Assembly: GCA_040882355.1 (NCBI GenBank) | Contig: JBBEBM010000067.1 | Coordinates: forward strand, 1-64,000 | Direction of reading: 5' to 3' | Origin: Dehalococcoidia bacterium | GTDB lineage: Bacteria; Chloroflexota; Dehalococcoidia; DSTF01; RBG-16-68-14 | DNA length: 64,000 nucleotides | In this document: positions 37,161 to 46,919 of the stretch, piece by piece | Numbering within the stretch: position 1 is the stretch's first letter | Layout: every line of letters starts with the position of its first letter | Program-made: the position numbers and the translations under genes | Notes under the pieces: model-generated | What the model was told of the DNA's origin: nothing | Database searches by the model: none | What the model saw: only the letters and a program-made list of their open reading frames with translations

Positions 37161-38999
37161 TTATCCAGCGCCTGCGGCCGGCGTCGCCGCCGGCTCCTGA
37201 ACGCCCGCGCGCGTCCGTTCGAACGCTTCTTCCTGATCGCGGAGCTCCAGGTCGTAGATCTGGCGGTACAGCCCGTCTTGCTCGATCAGCTCCTCATGGC
37301 GACCTCGCTCAACGATGCGCCCGTCTTGCAGCACGAGTATCTGGTCAGCCTGCGTCACCGTGCGCAGCCGCTGCGCGATCACGAACGTCGTTCGCCCGCG
37401 CATCAGCTCCGCCAGCGCCTGCTGGATCAGATACTCAGTCTCCGTATCGACGCTCGACGTCGAGTCATCGAAGATCAAGAGCTTCGGGTCGAGCAGCAGC
37501 GTCCGCGCGATGGCCATGCGCTGGCGCTGACCGCCTGACAAGGTGATGCCGCGCTCGCCCACCCAGGTGTCGTAGCCGTCGGGCATGCTGACGATGAACT
37601 CGTGGATGCGCGCGGCCTTCGCCACTCGCTCGATCGCTTCCTGCGACGCGTCCACCGCCCCGTAGGCGATGTTCTCGCGGACTGTCGCCGAGAACAGGAA
37701 GAGGTCCTGCTGGACGATGCCGATGTTGCTGCGCAGCGACGCCAGGGTGACGTCGCGCACGTCTGTGCCGTCGATGGTGATGCGGCCTTCCGTCACGTCG
37801 TAGAAGCGGGGGAGCAGATTGACGATCGTGCTCTTGCCGGAGCCGGTCGGCCCCAGGAGCGCGATCATCTGGCCGGGCTGCGCGTCGATGTCGACGCCTC
37901 GCAGCACCGGGCTGATCGCGTCGTAGGCGAAAGACACGTTCTCGAACTGGACGTGGCCCTGGACCGCGGCCAACTCTCCGGCGTTCGGCTTCTCCTGCAC
38001 CGCCGATTCGGCGTCAAGGATGTCGTAGATGCGCTCTCCGGACGACTGCGCCCTGGCGAAGAGCATCACGATCCAGCCCAGGCTGCGCACGGGCAACTGG
38101 AGCAACGTCAAGAAGAGGGCGAACGTCGCGAGATCGCCCGCAGTGAGGCTGCCGGCACGGATCTCCAGCGCGCCCACCCAGGTCACGGCCATGAGCGAGA
38201 GCATCCAGACCGCCGAAAGGAGCGGAGTATTGAAGGCTTGGATCTGGTTCGTGGCGTAGCTGTGCTCGAAGAGGTTCTTCGCCTCCTTGGCGAACTTGAC
38301 GCTCTCATACTGTTCGCGGGCGAACGCCTTGACGACCCTCTGTCCTGACAGATTCTCCTGGAGTACCGTTCCCAGCCGGCCCTGGAGGTTCTGCACCTCC
38401 AGCCAGATCGGGCGCAATTGTGAGGTGACCTGGATCGAGCGGACCGCAACGATGGGCAGGAACGCCCAGGCAACGAGCGCCAGCTTCCAGCTCGTTACCG
38501 CCATGAGGGCGGTGCTGGCGATGAGCAAAATTACCACGTAGAGCAGCCGGAGCACGCCCATGCTGATGAACACGCGCACGCCCTCCACGTCTTGGGTCGC
38601 GCGGGACATGAGCTGACCGGTCTGCGCCTTGTCGTGGTAGGCGAAGCTGAGGCGCTGGAGGTGGTTGTAGATGCTATTGCGGATGTCGTAGGCGACGCGC
38701 TGCGAGATCCACTCGGCCCAAAACGTCTGGCCGTAGGCGAAGGCGCCCCGCAATGCGGCTGTGCCCACGATGCCGATGCCGATCCAGAGCAGCGCCTGCT
38801 TGTCCCCCTGGGCCACCTGCTCTCCGTTCACCTCGACGACGTTCAGGCCCACGTCGATCGCCCGGCCGATGAGGATCGGCATGAGCAAGACGAAGCTGCT
38901 AGCGCCCGCCACGCAGAGCCAGGCCAGGAGGATCTGGCGCCAGTAGGCGGTGGCGAAGGACAGCAGGCGTATGAGGACCGGTCTTGTGCTCTGGCGCAT
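37161..38999 (-). CDS. ABC exporter ATP-binding/permease subunit (degenerate site)
   Basis: GPTGSGKS, LSGGQRQ, FDDSTS, IAQR: typical of heterodimeric exporters. Confidence 0.95.
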   Translation of the reverse strand: MRQSTRPVLIRLLSFATAYWRQILLAWLCVAGASSFVLLMPILIGRAIDVGLNVVEVNGEQVAQGDKQALLWIGIGIVGTAALRGAFAYGQTFWAEWISQRVAYDIRNSIYNHLQRLSFAYHDKAQTGQLMSRATQDVEGVRVFISMGVLRLLYVVILLIASTALMAVTSWKLALVAWAFLPIVAVRSIQVTSQLRPIWLEVQNLQGRLGTVLQENLSGQRVVKAFAREQYESVKFAKEAKNLFEHSYATNQIQAFNTPLLSAVWMLSLMAVTWVGALEIRAGSLTAGDLATFALFLTLLQLPVRSLGWIVMLFARAQSSGERIYDILDAESAVQEKPNAGELAAVQGHVQFENVSFAYDAISPVLRGVDIDAQPGQMIALLGPTGSGKSTIVNLLPRFYDVTEGRITIDGTDVRDVTLASLRSNIGIVQQDLFLFSATVRENIAYGAVDASQEAIERVAKAARIHEFIVSMPDGYDTWVGERGITLSGGQRQRMAIARTLLLDPKLLIFDDSTSSVDTETEYLIQQALAELMRGRTTFVIAQRLRTVTQADQILVLQDGRIVERGRHEELIEQDGLYRQIYDLELRDQEEAFERTRAGVQEPAATPAAGAG

Positions 39000-39127
39000 G
39001 CGAAATCTCGCTTTTTCGTACCTGAATACGTTCGCGTAGTATAGCCTATCTTTTACGCTAACGTCAAATTGACGAAGCTACGCTGGGCGGGCGCCGCGCC
39101 ATCACCTATAATGGGACGCCGGAGACC

Positions 39128-40360
39128 ATGCCTGACCACCAAACCTTCGTCATTGTCGGCGCCAGCCTGGCCGGAGGACGCGCCGCTGAGGCCCTGCGCA
39201 AGGAGGGCTTCGACGGTCGCATCGTCCTCGTCGGCGCCGAGCCCGACCCCCCTTACGAGCGCCCACCGCTCTCGAAGGAGTACGTGCGCGGGGATGTGGC
39301 GCGGGAGAAGATCTTCGTCCACAAGCCCGGCTTCTACGAAGCGCAGGCGATCGAGCTGCGCCTGGGCGCGCCCGCCACCCGCCTCGATCTCCAGGGCCGG
39401 ACGGTGGAGGTGGAGGGCGACGAGCGGCTCTCATACGATAAGCTCCTGCTCGCCACCGGCGGCAGGCCGCGGCGTCTCGACGCGCCCGGCAGCGATCTCG
39501 AGGGCATCTACTACCTGCGCACCGTCGCCGACAGCGAACGCATCGCGGCCGAGCTTGAGCCCGGTCGGCGCCTGGTCGTGATCGGCGCCGGCTTCATCGG
39601 GGCCGAGGTGGCAGCGTCGGCGCGGATGAAGGGGCTGGATGTGAGCATCCTGGAGATGGCGTCGGTACCGCTTGGCCGCGCCCTGAGCGAGGAGATGGGC
39701 CAGATCTACGCGCAGATCCACCGCGACGAGGGCGTTGCCCTCTACACGGACGAGGCGATCGAGCGCTTCGAAGGGGGCACGCGGGTCGAGCGGGTCGTGA
39801 GCAGCACCGGCCGCACGCTCGAGTGCGACTTCGTCGTCGCCGGCGTGGGCATGGAGCCGGCGACAGAGCTGGCAGAGCAGGCAGGCCTGGCCGTCGATAA
39901 CGGTATCGTCGTGAATGAGTACTGCGAGACCTCCTCGCCGGACGTCTACGCCGCCGGCGACGTAGCCAGCTTCTATCATCCAATGCTGGGAGAGCGCATC
40001 CGCGTCGAACACTGGGCGAATGCTCAGAATCAGGGCGTCGCGGCCGCGAAGAGCATGCTCGGCGCGCGCGAGCCGTACGCCGAGATCCCCTGGTTCTACT
40101 CCGACCAGTACAAACTGAACCTGCAGTACCTCGGCCACGCGCGGAGCTGGGACGCAGTCGTCCTGCGCGGCGACGTTGCCTCGCGGAAGTTCAGCGCCTT
40201 CTACCTGCAGGACGGCCGCATCAAGGCCGTCCTGGCCGTCAACCGCTTCAAGGACATCAACGGCTCTCGAGAGCTGATCCGGCAGGGCGTGGTTGTCGAG
40301 CCCGCCCAGCTCCGCGACGAGGGCATCGACCTGAAGGGCCTGATACCGCAGACCGCCTAG
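39128..40360 (+). CDS. FAD-dependent NAD(P)H ferredoxin reductase-like oxidoreductase
   Basis: GASLAG, PYERPPLSK, GAGFIG.E, YAAGD, RVEHW.NA, WFYSDQY. Confidence 0.93.
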   Translation: MPDHQTFVIVGASLAGGRAAEALRKEGFDGRIVLVGAEPDPPYERPPLSKEYVRGDVAREKIFVHKPGFYEAQAIELRLGAPATRLDLQGRTVEVEGDERLSYDKLLLATGGRPRRLDAPGSDLEGIYYLRTVADSERIAAELEPGRRLVVIGAGFIGAEVAASARMKGLDVSILEMASVPLGRALSEEMGQIYAQIHRDEGVALYTDEAIERFEGGTRVERVVSSTGRTLECDFVVAGVGMEPATELAEQAGLAVDNGIVVNEYCETSSPDVYAAGDVASFYHPMLGERIRVEHWANAQNQGVAAAKSMLGAREPYAEIPWFYSDQYKLNLQYLGHARSWDAVVLRGDVASRKFSAFYLQDGRIKAVLAVNRFKDINGSRELIRQGVVVEPAQLRDEGIDLKGLIPQTA

Positions 40361-40376
40361 CACGAAGGAGCGCTAC

Positions 40377-41654
40377 ATGGCAGAAGCCACCTGGGAGATC
40401 GAGACGCTGGCGAACGGCCTGCGCGTGGTGACCACGCCGGTGCCAACGGCGCAGTCGGTGAGCGTGAACGTCTTCGTCGGCGTCGGTTCGCGCGCTGAGG
40501 ACCGGCGCACGAACGGCCTCTCCCACTACCTGGAGCACATGCTCTTTAAGGGCACCGAACAGCGCCCGACGGCCATCGCCATCTCCGAGGCGATCGAGGG
40601 CGCCGGCGGCAACATGAACGCCGGCACCGACAGGGAGCTCACCGTCTACTACAACCTGATGCCCTACGAGAAGCTACCGCTCGCCATGGACGTCCTCGCC
40701 GAGATGATCCAGCATTCGCTCATCGACGCCGACGAGCTGGAACGAGAGCGCACCGTGGTGCAGCAGGAGATCCAGCGCGCCTACGACCAGCCCGGCGCCA
40801 GGGCGAGCCGTTTGCTCTACCAGGCCACCTTCGGCGACCAGCCGCTCGGCTGGCCCGTCTCCGGCACCGTGGAGACGGTGCAGGAGATGACCCGAGACGA
40901 CTTCGTGAACCACGTCCGCACGTGGTACGTGCCCCAGAACATGGTGCTCAGCGTCGCGGGGAACACGACGCATCGTGAGGTCGTCGAGCACGCGCGGCGG
41001 CTCTACAGCGACCTCGAAAGCGGGGCGCCGCCCGCGATCGACGGCGCGCGCGAGGGCGTCGCCAACAAGCAGGTCGTGACGGAGGCGCGCGACATCGCCC
41101 AGAGCAACCTCGCGATGGCGGTGCGCGGCCTTTCGCGCAAGGACCCTGACCGCTACGCGCTCGGCATCCTGAACGCGGTGCTGGGACGCGGCATGAGCTC
41201 ACGCCTCTTCCGGGAGGTGCGCGAGCGTCGCGGCCTCGCCTACTCCATCGGCTCCGGCGTCACGCGCTTCCAGGACACCGGCCTCCTCTCGATTAGCGCC
41301 GGGGTCAGCGCGGAGAACGTGGCCCAAACGGTCGCCGTAATCAAGGAGGAGCTGCAGAAGCTCGTTGACGAACCCGTCGGCGAAGAGGAGATGACCAAAG
41401 CGCGAGACTACAGCGTCGGCACGTTCCGGCTGAGCATGGAGAGCCCGATGGCGCTCGCGCACCGCACGGGCGAAGACCTGCTCTTCCTGGGCGCGATCGA
41501 GCCGATCGAGACGCTGGTGGGCCGTCTGCAGGCCGTAACAGCGGACGACGTCCAGCGGATGGCGCAGCGGCTCTTCCGCAACGAGAACATGTCGATGTCC
41601 CTCGTCGGGCCGGGCGCGGACGAGGGCGAGATGACCGAGCTGCTGGCGGCGTAA
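40377..41654 (+). CDS. M16 family zinc peptidase
   Basis: HYLEHMLFKGT, GMSSRLF.EVRE.RGLAY. Confidence 0.95.
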   Translation: MAEATWEIETLANGLRVVTTPVPTAQSVSVNVFVGVGSRAEDRRTNGLSHYLEHMLFKGTEQRPTAIAISEAIEGAGGNMNAGTDRELTVYYNLMPYEKLPLAMDVLAEMIQHSLIDADELERERTVVQQEIQRAYDQPGARASRLLYQATFGDQPLGWPVSGTVETVQEMTRDDFVNHVRTWYVPQNMVLSVAGNTTHREVVEHARRLYSDLESGAPPAIDGAREGVANKQVVTEARDIAQSNLAMAVRGLSRKDPDRYALGILNAVLGRGMSSRLFREVRERRGLAYSIGSGVTRFQDTGLLSISAGVSAENVAQTVAVIKEELQKLVDEPVGEEEMTKARDYSVGTFRLSMESPMALAHRTGEDLLFLGAIEPIETLVGRLQAVTADDVQRMAQRLFRNENMSMSLVGPGADEGEMTELLAA

Positions 41655-41684
41655 GCCTGCCCGAATTCGAAAGGAGGAACCGAT

Positions 41685-42179
41685 ATGTCGATGCGAGACG
41701 AGTGCCTCGCCGCGAACCAGCAGTACGCGGCATCATTCGGTCACGGCGGCCTACCCATGCCCCCGGGGAGAAAGCTCGCAGCGGTTGTCTGCATGGACGC
41801 GCGCCTGATGCCGGACCAGTTCCTCGGTCTCAGGACGGGCGACGCGCACGTCATCCGCAACGCGGGCGGTATCGTCACGGACGATGCGCTGCGTTCGCTC
41901 ATCATCTCCCATAAGCTGCTGGGCACCAACGAGTTCTTCGTCATCAACCACACCGACTGCGGCATGCTCACCTTCCAGGACGAGGACCTGCGTCAGCGCC
42001 TGAAGGAGGAGACCGGCGCCGACGCGAGCGGGCTCCAGTTCCACGCCTTCAGGAATCTGGATGGGAACGTGCGCGCCCAAGTAGAGAAGATCAAGTCGAG
42101 CCCATTCCTGCCGGACGACATCCCGGTCCACGGCTTCATCTACCAGGTTGAGGACGGGAGACTGCGACAGGTCGTGTAG
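41685..42179 (+). CDS. Beta-class carbonic anhydrase
   Basis: CMDAR, RNAGG, HTDCG. Confidence 0.95.
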   Translation: MSMRDECLAANQQYAASFGHGGLPMPPGRKLAAVVCMDARLMPDQFLGLRTGDAHVIRNAGGIVTDDALRSLIISHKLLGTNEFFVINHTDCGMLTFQDEDLRQRLKEETGADASGLQFHAFRNLDGNVRAQVEKIKSSPFLPDDIPVHGFIYQVEDGRLRQVV

Positions 42180-42193
42180 GACGGGGAAGGACC

Positions 42194-43048
42194 ATGCCCA
42201 AGGCGAAGGTGAACGGCATCGACCTGGCGTACGAGGTCTACGGCGAGGGCCCGCCGCTGGTCCTCGCGCACGGCTACATCGCCTCGAAGGAGATGTGGGA
42301 CTACCAGATCGGGCCCTTCTCCGAGAAGCACCGCGTCGTCGTCTACGATATGCGCGGCCACGGCGAGTCCGAAGCGCCACCCGAGGATGACGCCGGCTAC
42401 GCCATGGACACGCTCGTCGAAGACCAGCGGGCGCTGATGGGCCACCTGGGCATCGAGCAGGCGTACCTGGGCGGGCTATCGATGGGCGGCAGCATCGCGA
42501 TGCGCTTTGCGCTCAAGTACCCGCAGCGAGTGCGGGCGCTCCTGCTCTTCGACACCGCCGCCGGTCACACGCAGGCCGGACAGGAGATGCGCCGCCAGTG
42601 GCAGACGAACCACGACCTGATCTCGACGTTCATCCGCAGCACCGGAGTCGCTGACACGCTGCGCAACCTCTACGCCCAGCGCGTGCAGACGCCAGGCGCC
42701 GGCACGGCCGAGGCGCCCGCGGAAGTGCACGCCTTCATGGAGCGCATGCAGCACCTGAGCCCGGACGGCTTCCTGGGCGCGGGACGCGCCCTCTGGGAGC
42801 AGGACGACGTGCTCGACCGCATGCCGGAGATCGCGGCGCCGACGCTCGTCCTGGTCGGCGAGATGGACTTCCTGCTCGACGCGAGCAAGCGGATGCACGA
42901 GAAGCTGTCCGGCGCGCGCTTCTGCCTGATCAAGTCCTCGGGTCACGGGACGGCGATGTGGCAGCCGGAGAAGTTCACGTCGGCGGTGCTCGACTTCCTC
43001 ACAGACGTGGAGGCGGGCCGACCTGTCGCGGGCTCCGAGGAGCGCTGA
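42194..43048 (+). CDS. Alpha/beta hydrolase
   Basis: HG, DMRGHG.S, GLSMGG. Confidence 0.92.
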   Translation: MPKAKVNGIDLAYEVYGEGPPLVLAHGYIASKEMWDYQIGPFSEKHRVVVYDMRGHGESEAPPEDDAGYAMDTLVEDQRALMGHLGIEQAYLGGLSMGGSIAMRFALKYPQRVRALLLFDTAAGHTQAGQEMRRQWQTNHDLISTFIRSTGVADTLRNLYAQRVQTPGAGTAEAPAEVHAFMERMQHLSPDGFLGAGRALWEQDDVLDRMPEIAAPTLVLVGEMDFLLDASKRMHEKLSGARFCLIKSSGHGTAMWQPEKFTSAVLDFLTDVEAGRPVAGSEER

Positions 43049-43389
43049 TGGCCGTCTACGTCCTGCGCACGTGGCAGATCAAGCCAGGCACGTGGCGCGA
43101 GTTTCAGGAGCTGTCGAACAACGACATCTGGCCCGCGATGGAGGCTGCCGGCGCCAAGATCGTCGGGCTCTGGCAGACGATCCTCGGTGAAGGCAATGAA
43201 GTCGTCCTGCTGACACGCTACGACGACCTCGCGATGTGGGAGCGCACGCGCACCTGGCGTCAGCCCGCGCCCGACGGCGTCGACGCCGACATCTGGCGCC
43301 GCGCCGCCGAAGCCGTCGCAAAGCGCCAGACGCTGACCGAATCGACCCACTCGCGCGTCCTCGCGCCCAGCGAGTACCGGGCGCCGTAG
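43048..43389 (+). CDS. NIPSNAP family protein
   Basis: YVLRTW.IKPG, GLWQT..G..NEV, L.P..Y. Confidence 0.85.
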   Translation: MAVYVLRTWQIKPGTWREFQELSNNDIWPAMEAAGAKIVGLWQTILGEGNEVVLLTRYDDLAMWERTRTWRQPAPDGVDADIWRRAAEAVAKRQTLTESTHSRVLAPSEYRAP

Positions 43390-43391
43390 GC

Positions 43392-44261
43392 ATGCCGGTC
43401 GTTCGCGTCAACGGCATCGACATCTGGTACGAGCTTCGCGGCGACGGCCCGACGCTCGCGCTGAGCCACGGCTGGATCGGCCCGACGGAGGACTGGCCAG
43501 CGTCGGTCTTCGATCTGGCGAAGCACGTCCGCCTGCTCGTCTACGACGTGCGCGGGCAGGGCCGCACGACAGCGCCGGAGGATCCCGACGCCTATTCGCT
43601 GCCGATCTACGCTCAGGACCTGCGCGCGCTGCTGGACGAGCTCGACATTGAGCAGGCGCACATCGCCGGCGTCTCGCAAGGCGGGATGATCTCCGCTCAG
43701 TTCGCCGTCGACTTCCCGGAGCGCACGCGCTCGCTCGTCCTGAGCGACAGCACCGCCGGCAACGGACAGGATAAAGGGCCGGGCGGCGAATGGGAGCGCA
43801 CCATCCGAGGACACTTCGAGATGATGGAGCACATCGCCGTCAAGTACGGCCTGGCCGACCTCTGCGAGCGGCGCATCGCCTACGACGCTGCGAACGACCC
43901 GCACCTCCACGACCACCCGGACCCGCTCGAAGAGCGTCAGGCGCAGGAGCGACGGCGCTACGCCCGTCTCAGCCTGCACGCCTTCGTCGGGACAGTCCGC
44001 GCGATTCACAACCGGCCTGACCTCACGGCCCGCATCCGCGAGCTACGCATGCCGGCGCTCGTCATCGTCGGCGAGTGGGACGGCTTCCGGCCCTGCGCCG
44101 AGCGCGACCACAAGCTCATCGAAGGCTCGCGCTTCGTGCTGATGCGCCGCGCGGGCCACGCGACCGACCGCTGGCGACAGGACGCCTTCGTGCCAACGAT
44201 CGCCCGGTTCGTTGCCGACGTCGAGGCCGGACGAGACGTGGCCGGGGAGTTCGAGCTGTGA
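43392..44261 (+). CDS. Alpha/beta hydrolase
   Basis: HG, DVRGQG, GVSQGG. Confidence 0.9.
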   Translation: MPVVRVNGIDIWYELRGDGPTLALSHGWIGPTEDWPASVFDLAKHVRLLVYDVRGQGRTTAPEDPDAYSLPIYAQDLRALLDELDIEQAHIAGVSQGGMISAQFAVDFPERTRSLVLSDSTAGNGQDKGPGGEWERTIRGHFEMMEHIAVKYGLADLCERRIAYDAANDPHLHDHPDPLEERQAQERRRYARLSLHAFVGTVRAIHNRPDLTARIRELRMPALVIVGEWDGFRPCAERDHKLIEGSRFVLMRRAGHATDRWRQDAFVPTIARFVADVEAGRDVAGEFEL

Positions 44262-45175
44262 TCCTGCACCGCTCGCACCTCTTCGTCCCCGGCGCCCGCA
44301 GCGACATGCTCGACAAGTGCGGCCAGTATCCCGCAGACGTGCTCTGCCTGGACCTGGAGGAGGCCGTCCTGCCCGACGACAAGCCGCGCGCCCGGGAGCT
44401 GGTGCATGCCGCTGTCGCCTGGCTCTCCGGCGCGCCCACCGCAGGCCAGTCCGCCTCCGGCGGAGGCCGGACGGTCCACGTCCGCGTCAACAGCATCGAG
44501 AGCGGTCTGACGCGCGACGACCTGGCCGCTGCCGTCCAGCCGGGCCTCGCTGGCGTCGTCCTCGCGAAGACGAGGTCGCCGCAGGACGTGCGGGATGTCG
44601 ACGTGCTGCTGCGCGAGCAGGAGCTGGCCCACGAGGTGCGAGCCGGCACCGTCGCGCTCATCGTCGCTATCGAATCGGCGCAGGCGCTGCTCCGCTGCGA
44701 GGAGATCAGCCGCGCCTCGACGCGCATTTCGGCGCTCATGCTGGGCGGCGAGGACTTCGCCTTCGACATGGGCGTGCCCCGCACGAAGCGCGGCCGCGAG
44801 CTCTGGTACGCGCGCAACGTCGTCGCCACCTGCGCGCGCGCCGCCAACCTCGTCGCGCTCGACACACCGTGGACCGACATCGCGGACCTCGGCCGCCTGG
44901 AGGCGGACGCGAAGCGCGCGCGGTCGATCGGCTTCAGCGGCAAGTACGTGATCCACCCGACCCACATCGAGGCCGTGCACGCCGCCTTCAGCCCGCGCGC
45001 CGACGAAATCGCCGGCGCGCGCAAGGTGCTCGCCGCGTGGGACGACGCGCAGGCGAAGGGCCTGGGCGCCATCCAGCTCGACGGTCGCATGGTCGACCGC
45101 CCCATCGCCGAGCGCGCCCGCCACGTGATCGAGATGGCGGAGGCGATCGCGGCGCACCCTAATAAGACGCCCTAG
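44258..45175 (+). CDS. CitE/HpcH family acyl-CoA lyase
   Basis: RS.LFVPG, DLEE.V, VRVN, IESA, GGEDF, IHP, DGRMVD.P. Confidence 0.92.
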   Translation: MILHRSHLFVPGARSDMLDKCGQYPADVLCLDLEEAVLPDDKPRARELVHAAVAWLSGAPTAGQSASGGGRTVHVRVNSIESGLTRDDLAAAVQPGLAGVVLAKTRSPQDVRDVDVLLREQELAHEVRAGTVALIVAIESAQALLRCEEISRASTRISALMLGGEDFAFDMGVPRTKRGRELWYARNVVATCARAANLVALDTPWTDIADLGRLEADAKRARSIGFSGKYVIHPTHIEAVHAAFSPRADEIAGARKVLAAWDDAQAKGLGAIQLDGRMVDRPIAERARHVIEMAEAIAAHPNKTP

Positions 45176-45488
45176 CCGGAGGGCTCGAGGCGGGAGGCTG
45201 GAGCCCCGCGCCACCCCTCCACCCACAAGCCGCGCGTTTTGTGTCATTACGTTTCGCAAAATCGCCTCTTTCGGGCAGCGCACCTCAGAACTCCTCCCGA
45301 GGACGAGTCTGCCGCACTGACGCTCAGCGCCGCATGCCGTCTCGGTGTTGTCGAGTGTGAGGATAAGAGCGCGGCCGGTTAGCGCGAAGTGCGGAGTGGC
45401 ACGGGTTTGGAGCTGCGGCGCGACCAACAGCGGACGAAGGAGCGAAGCGCCGGGGGCAGACACCGCCTTTTCACGGGAGCAGTTCACA

Positions 45489-45513
45489 ATCATCCTGAGC
45501 TGGTCGAAGGGCG
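45489..45513. repeat. CTTCG..GCTCAGG-type REP-like element
   Basis: Reverse complement CCCTTCGACCAGCTCAGGATGAT; related copies at 49317 and 49439. Confidence 0.6.
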
Positions 45514-45634
45514 TGCGGCACACATCCTCGCGTCGTGGAGACGGCGCGCCGGTGTCAAGGGCAGGCCCTCCATACCCCCTGTCCCCTAGACTCGTTGTGC
45601 TAGAATCCGCTCAACCGCGGCGAGGAGGTGGCTT

Positions 45635-46072
45635 ATGGGCCTATTCCGCAAGAAGGTCAGCGACGACGCGTGGAAGCAGGCGGTCTCCATCACGGCAGAT
45701 GCAATCCGCGAGATTGGCGATGTCTTTGAGGCGACGGGTGGCGCTGTCGGGAATGATCCGTTGTTGGGATGGGCGACCGTAGCTGACGACCTCGCATGGC
45801 TCGATGGACTCGAGGCGCAGTTCAAGGCGGCAAAGGGCGCCTACGACAACGCGGGCGAGCCCGTCGCCGAGGACGAGGACCTCTTTGGGACAGCCGTCCA
45901 GCTCGCGCGGCGCATCTGCGACGAAGCGCGGTCGGGCGAGATCCTCGCCTCGAACGTCGTGCGAGAGCTGGCCGCTGGTAAGGGCTTCCTCTTCGCCGAC
46001 CGGGGCGCTTCGGCGCTCAAAGGATTCGAGGACCCGGTACGGCTCTACGAGGTGCGGTGGCCGGAACCTTAG
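45635..46072 (+). CDS. Chimeric protein: unknown N-terminus plus C-terminal half of a class III cyclase
   Basis: GGAGG RBS; from NAGEP onward resembles the C-terminus of the 14837-15673 cyclase; lacks TD and GDG motifs. Confidence 0.7.
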   Translation: MGLFRKKVSDDAWKQAVSITADAIREIGDVFEATGGAVGNDPLLGWATVADDLAWLDGLEAQFKAAKGAYDNAGEPVAEDEDLFGTAVQLARRICDEARSGEILASNVVRELAAGKGFLFADRGASALKGFEDPVRLYEVRWPEP

Positions 46073-46190
46073 GTCCCACGGGGCTCGATCCCTCGCTTCC
46101 ATCGGTTGGCACGAACCGCGCGATTTTTAGGAGCATCCAACCATCCAACACGGTGTCTTCAAGCTCGACGCATCGCACACCGACGAAGCC

Positions 46191-46757
46191 GTGGCGCTGC
46201 TCACGCGCGCCTTCTTCAAATCTCCGGTATGGACCTGGGTAGTCCCGGACGAAGCGCAGCGCCGCGCGGTCCTGCCGCTGGGGATGCGCGCATCGGTCGA
46301 CGCGGGGCTCATCCTCGACAGCGCGTACGGCATTGGGAAGCCGCTGCGTGGCGTGGCGATCTGGGCGCCGCCCCGCATGGCGGACGTCGATGTCGATCCT
46401 GACGGCACGCAGGCCGGTTGGGACGCCGTCCTCGCGGCCGTCGGCCCCGATGGCAGGCGGCGGTTCGACAGCATGGGCGAGGTGGAGAAGCATCGCGAAA
46501 ACTGCATCGCTGCCGAGGGCTGGTACCTGTCCTTGCTGGGCGTCGAGCCGGAGGCGCAGCGCACTGGCGTCGGGACGGCGTTGCTCCGCGCGATGTGGGC
46601 GCGCCTCGATGCGATCCGCGCCGCGACCTACACGGACACCGAGAACGAGGCGAACGTCGCGTACTACCTGAAGCATGGTTACGCCCTCGTGCAGCAGGGC
46701 GGCCTCCCCGACAACGGCCCGCCATACTTCTGCTTCCTGCGCACACCCCCGCGCTAG
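46191..46757 (+). CDS. GNAT family acetyltransferase
   Basis: WYL.LLGVEPEAQRTGVG, NVAYY.KHGY; true start may lie up to 60 nt upstream. Confidence 0.85.
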   Translation: MALLTRAFFKSPVWTWVVPDEAQRRAVLPLGMRASVDAGLILDSAYGIGKPLRGVAIWAPPRMADVDVDPDGTQAGWDAVLAAVGPDGRRRFDSMGEVEKHRENCIAAEGWYLSLLGVEPEAQRTGVGTALLRAMWARLDAIRAATYTDTENEANVAYYLKHGYALVQQGGLPDNGPPYFCFLRTPPR

Positions 46758-46919
46758 CGCGACCATCAGGGGCTTGTCGATCTTGACACGACCGTAGGCT
46801 ACTAAGGTCGGCCGTCGCTATGGCGAGATAGCGTCAGGCGCCCGTAGCGCTGCGCTTCTGATCCGCCGCCTCCCGCACAGCGCTTCCCGCCTCCACGGCC
46901 GTGCTAGACTAGGCGCGCA

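Noticed and set aside
45176..45634. 460-bp intergenic tract as tRNA or ncRNA
   Set aside because: No cloverleaf or known motif was recognisable; only a REP-like element and a downstream -10 box.
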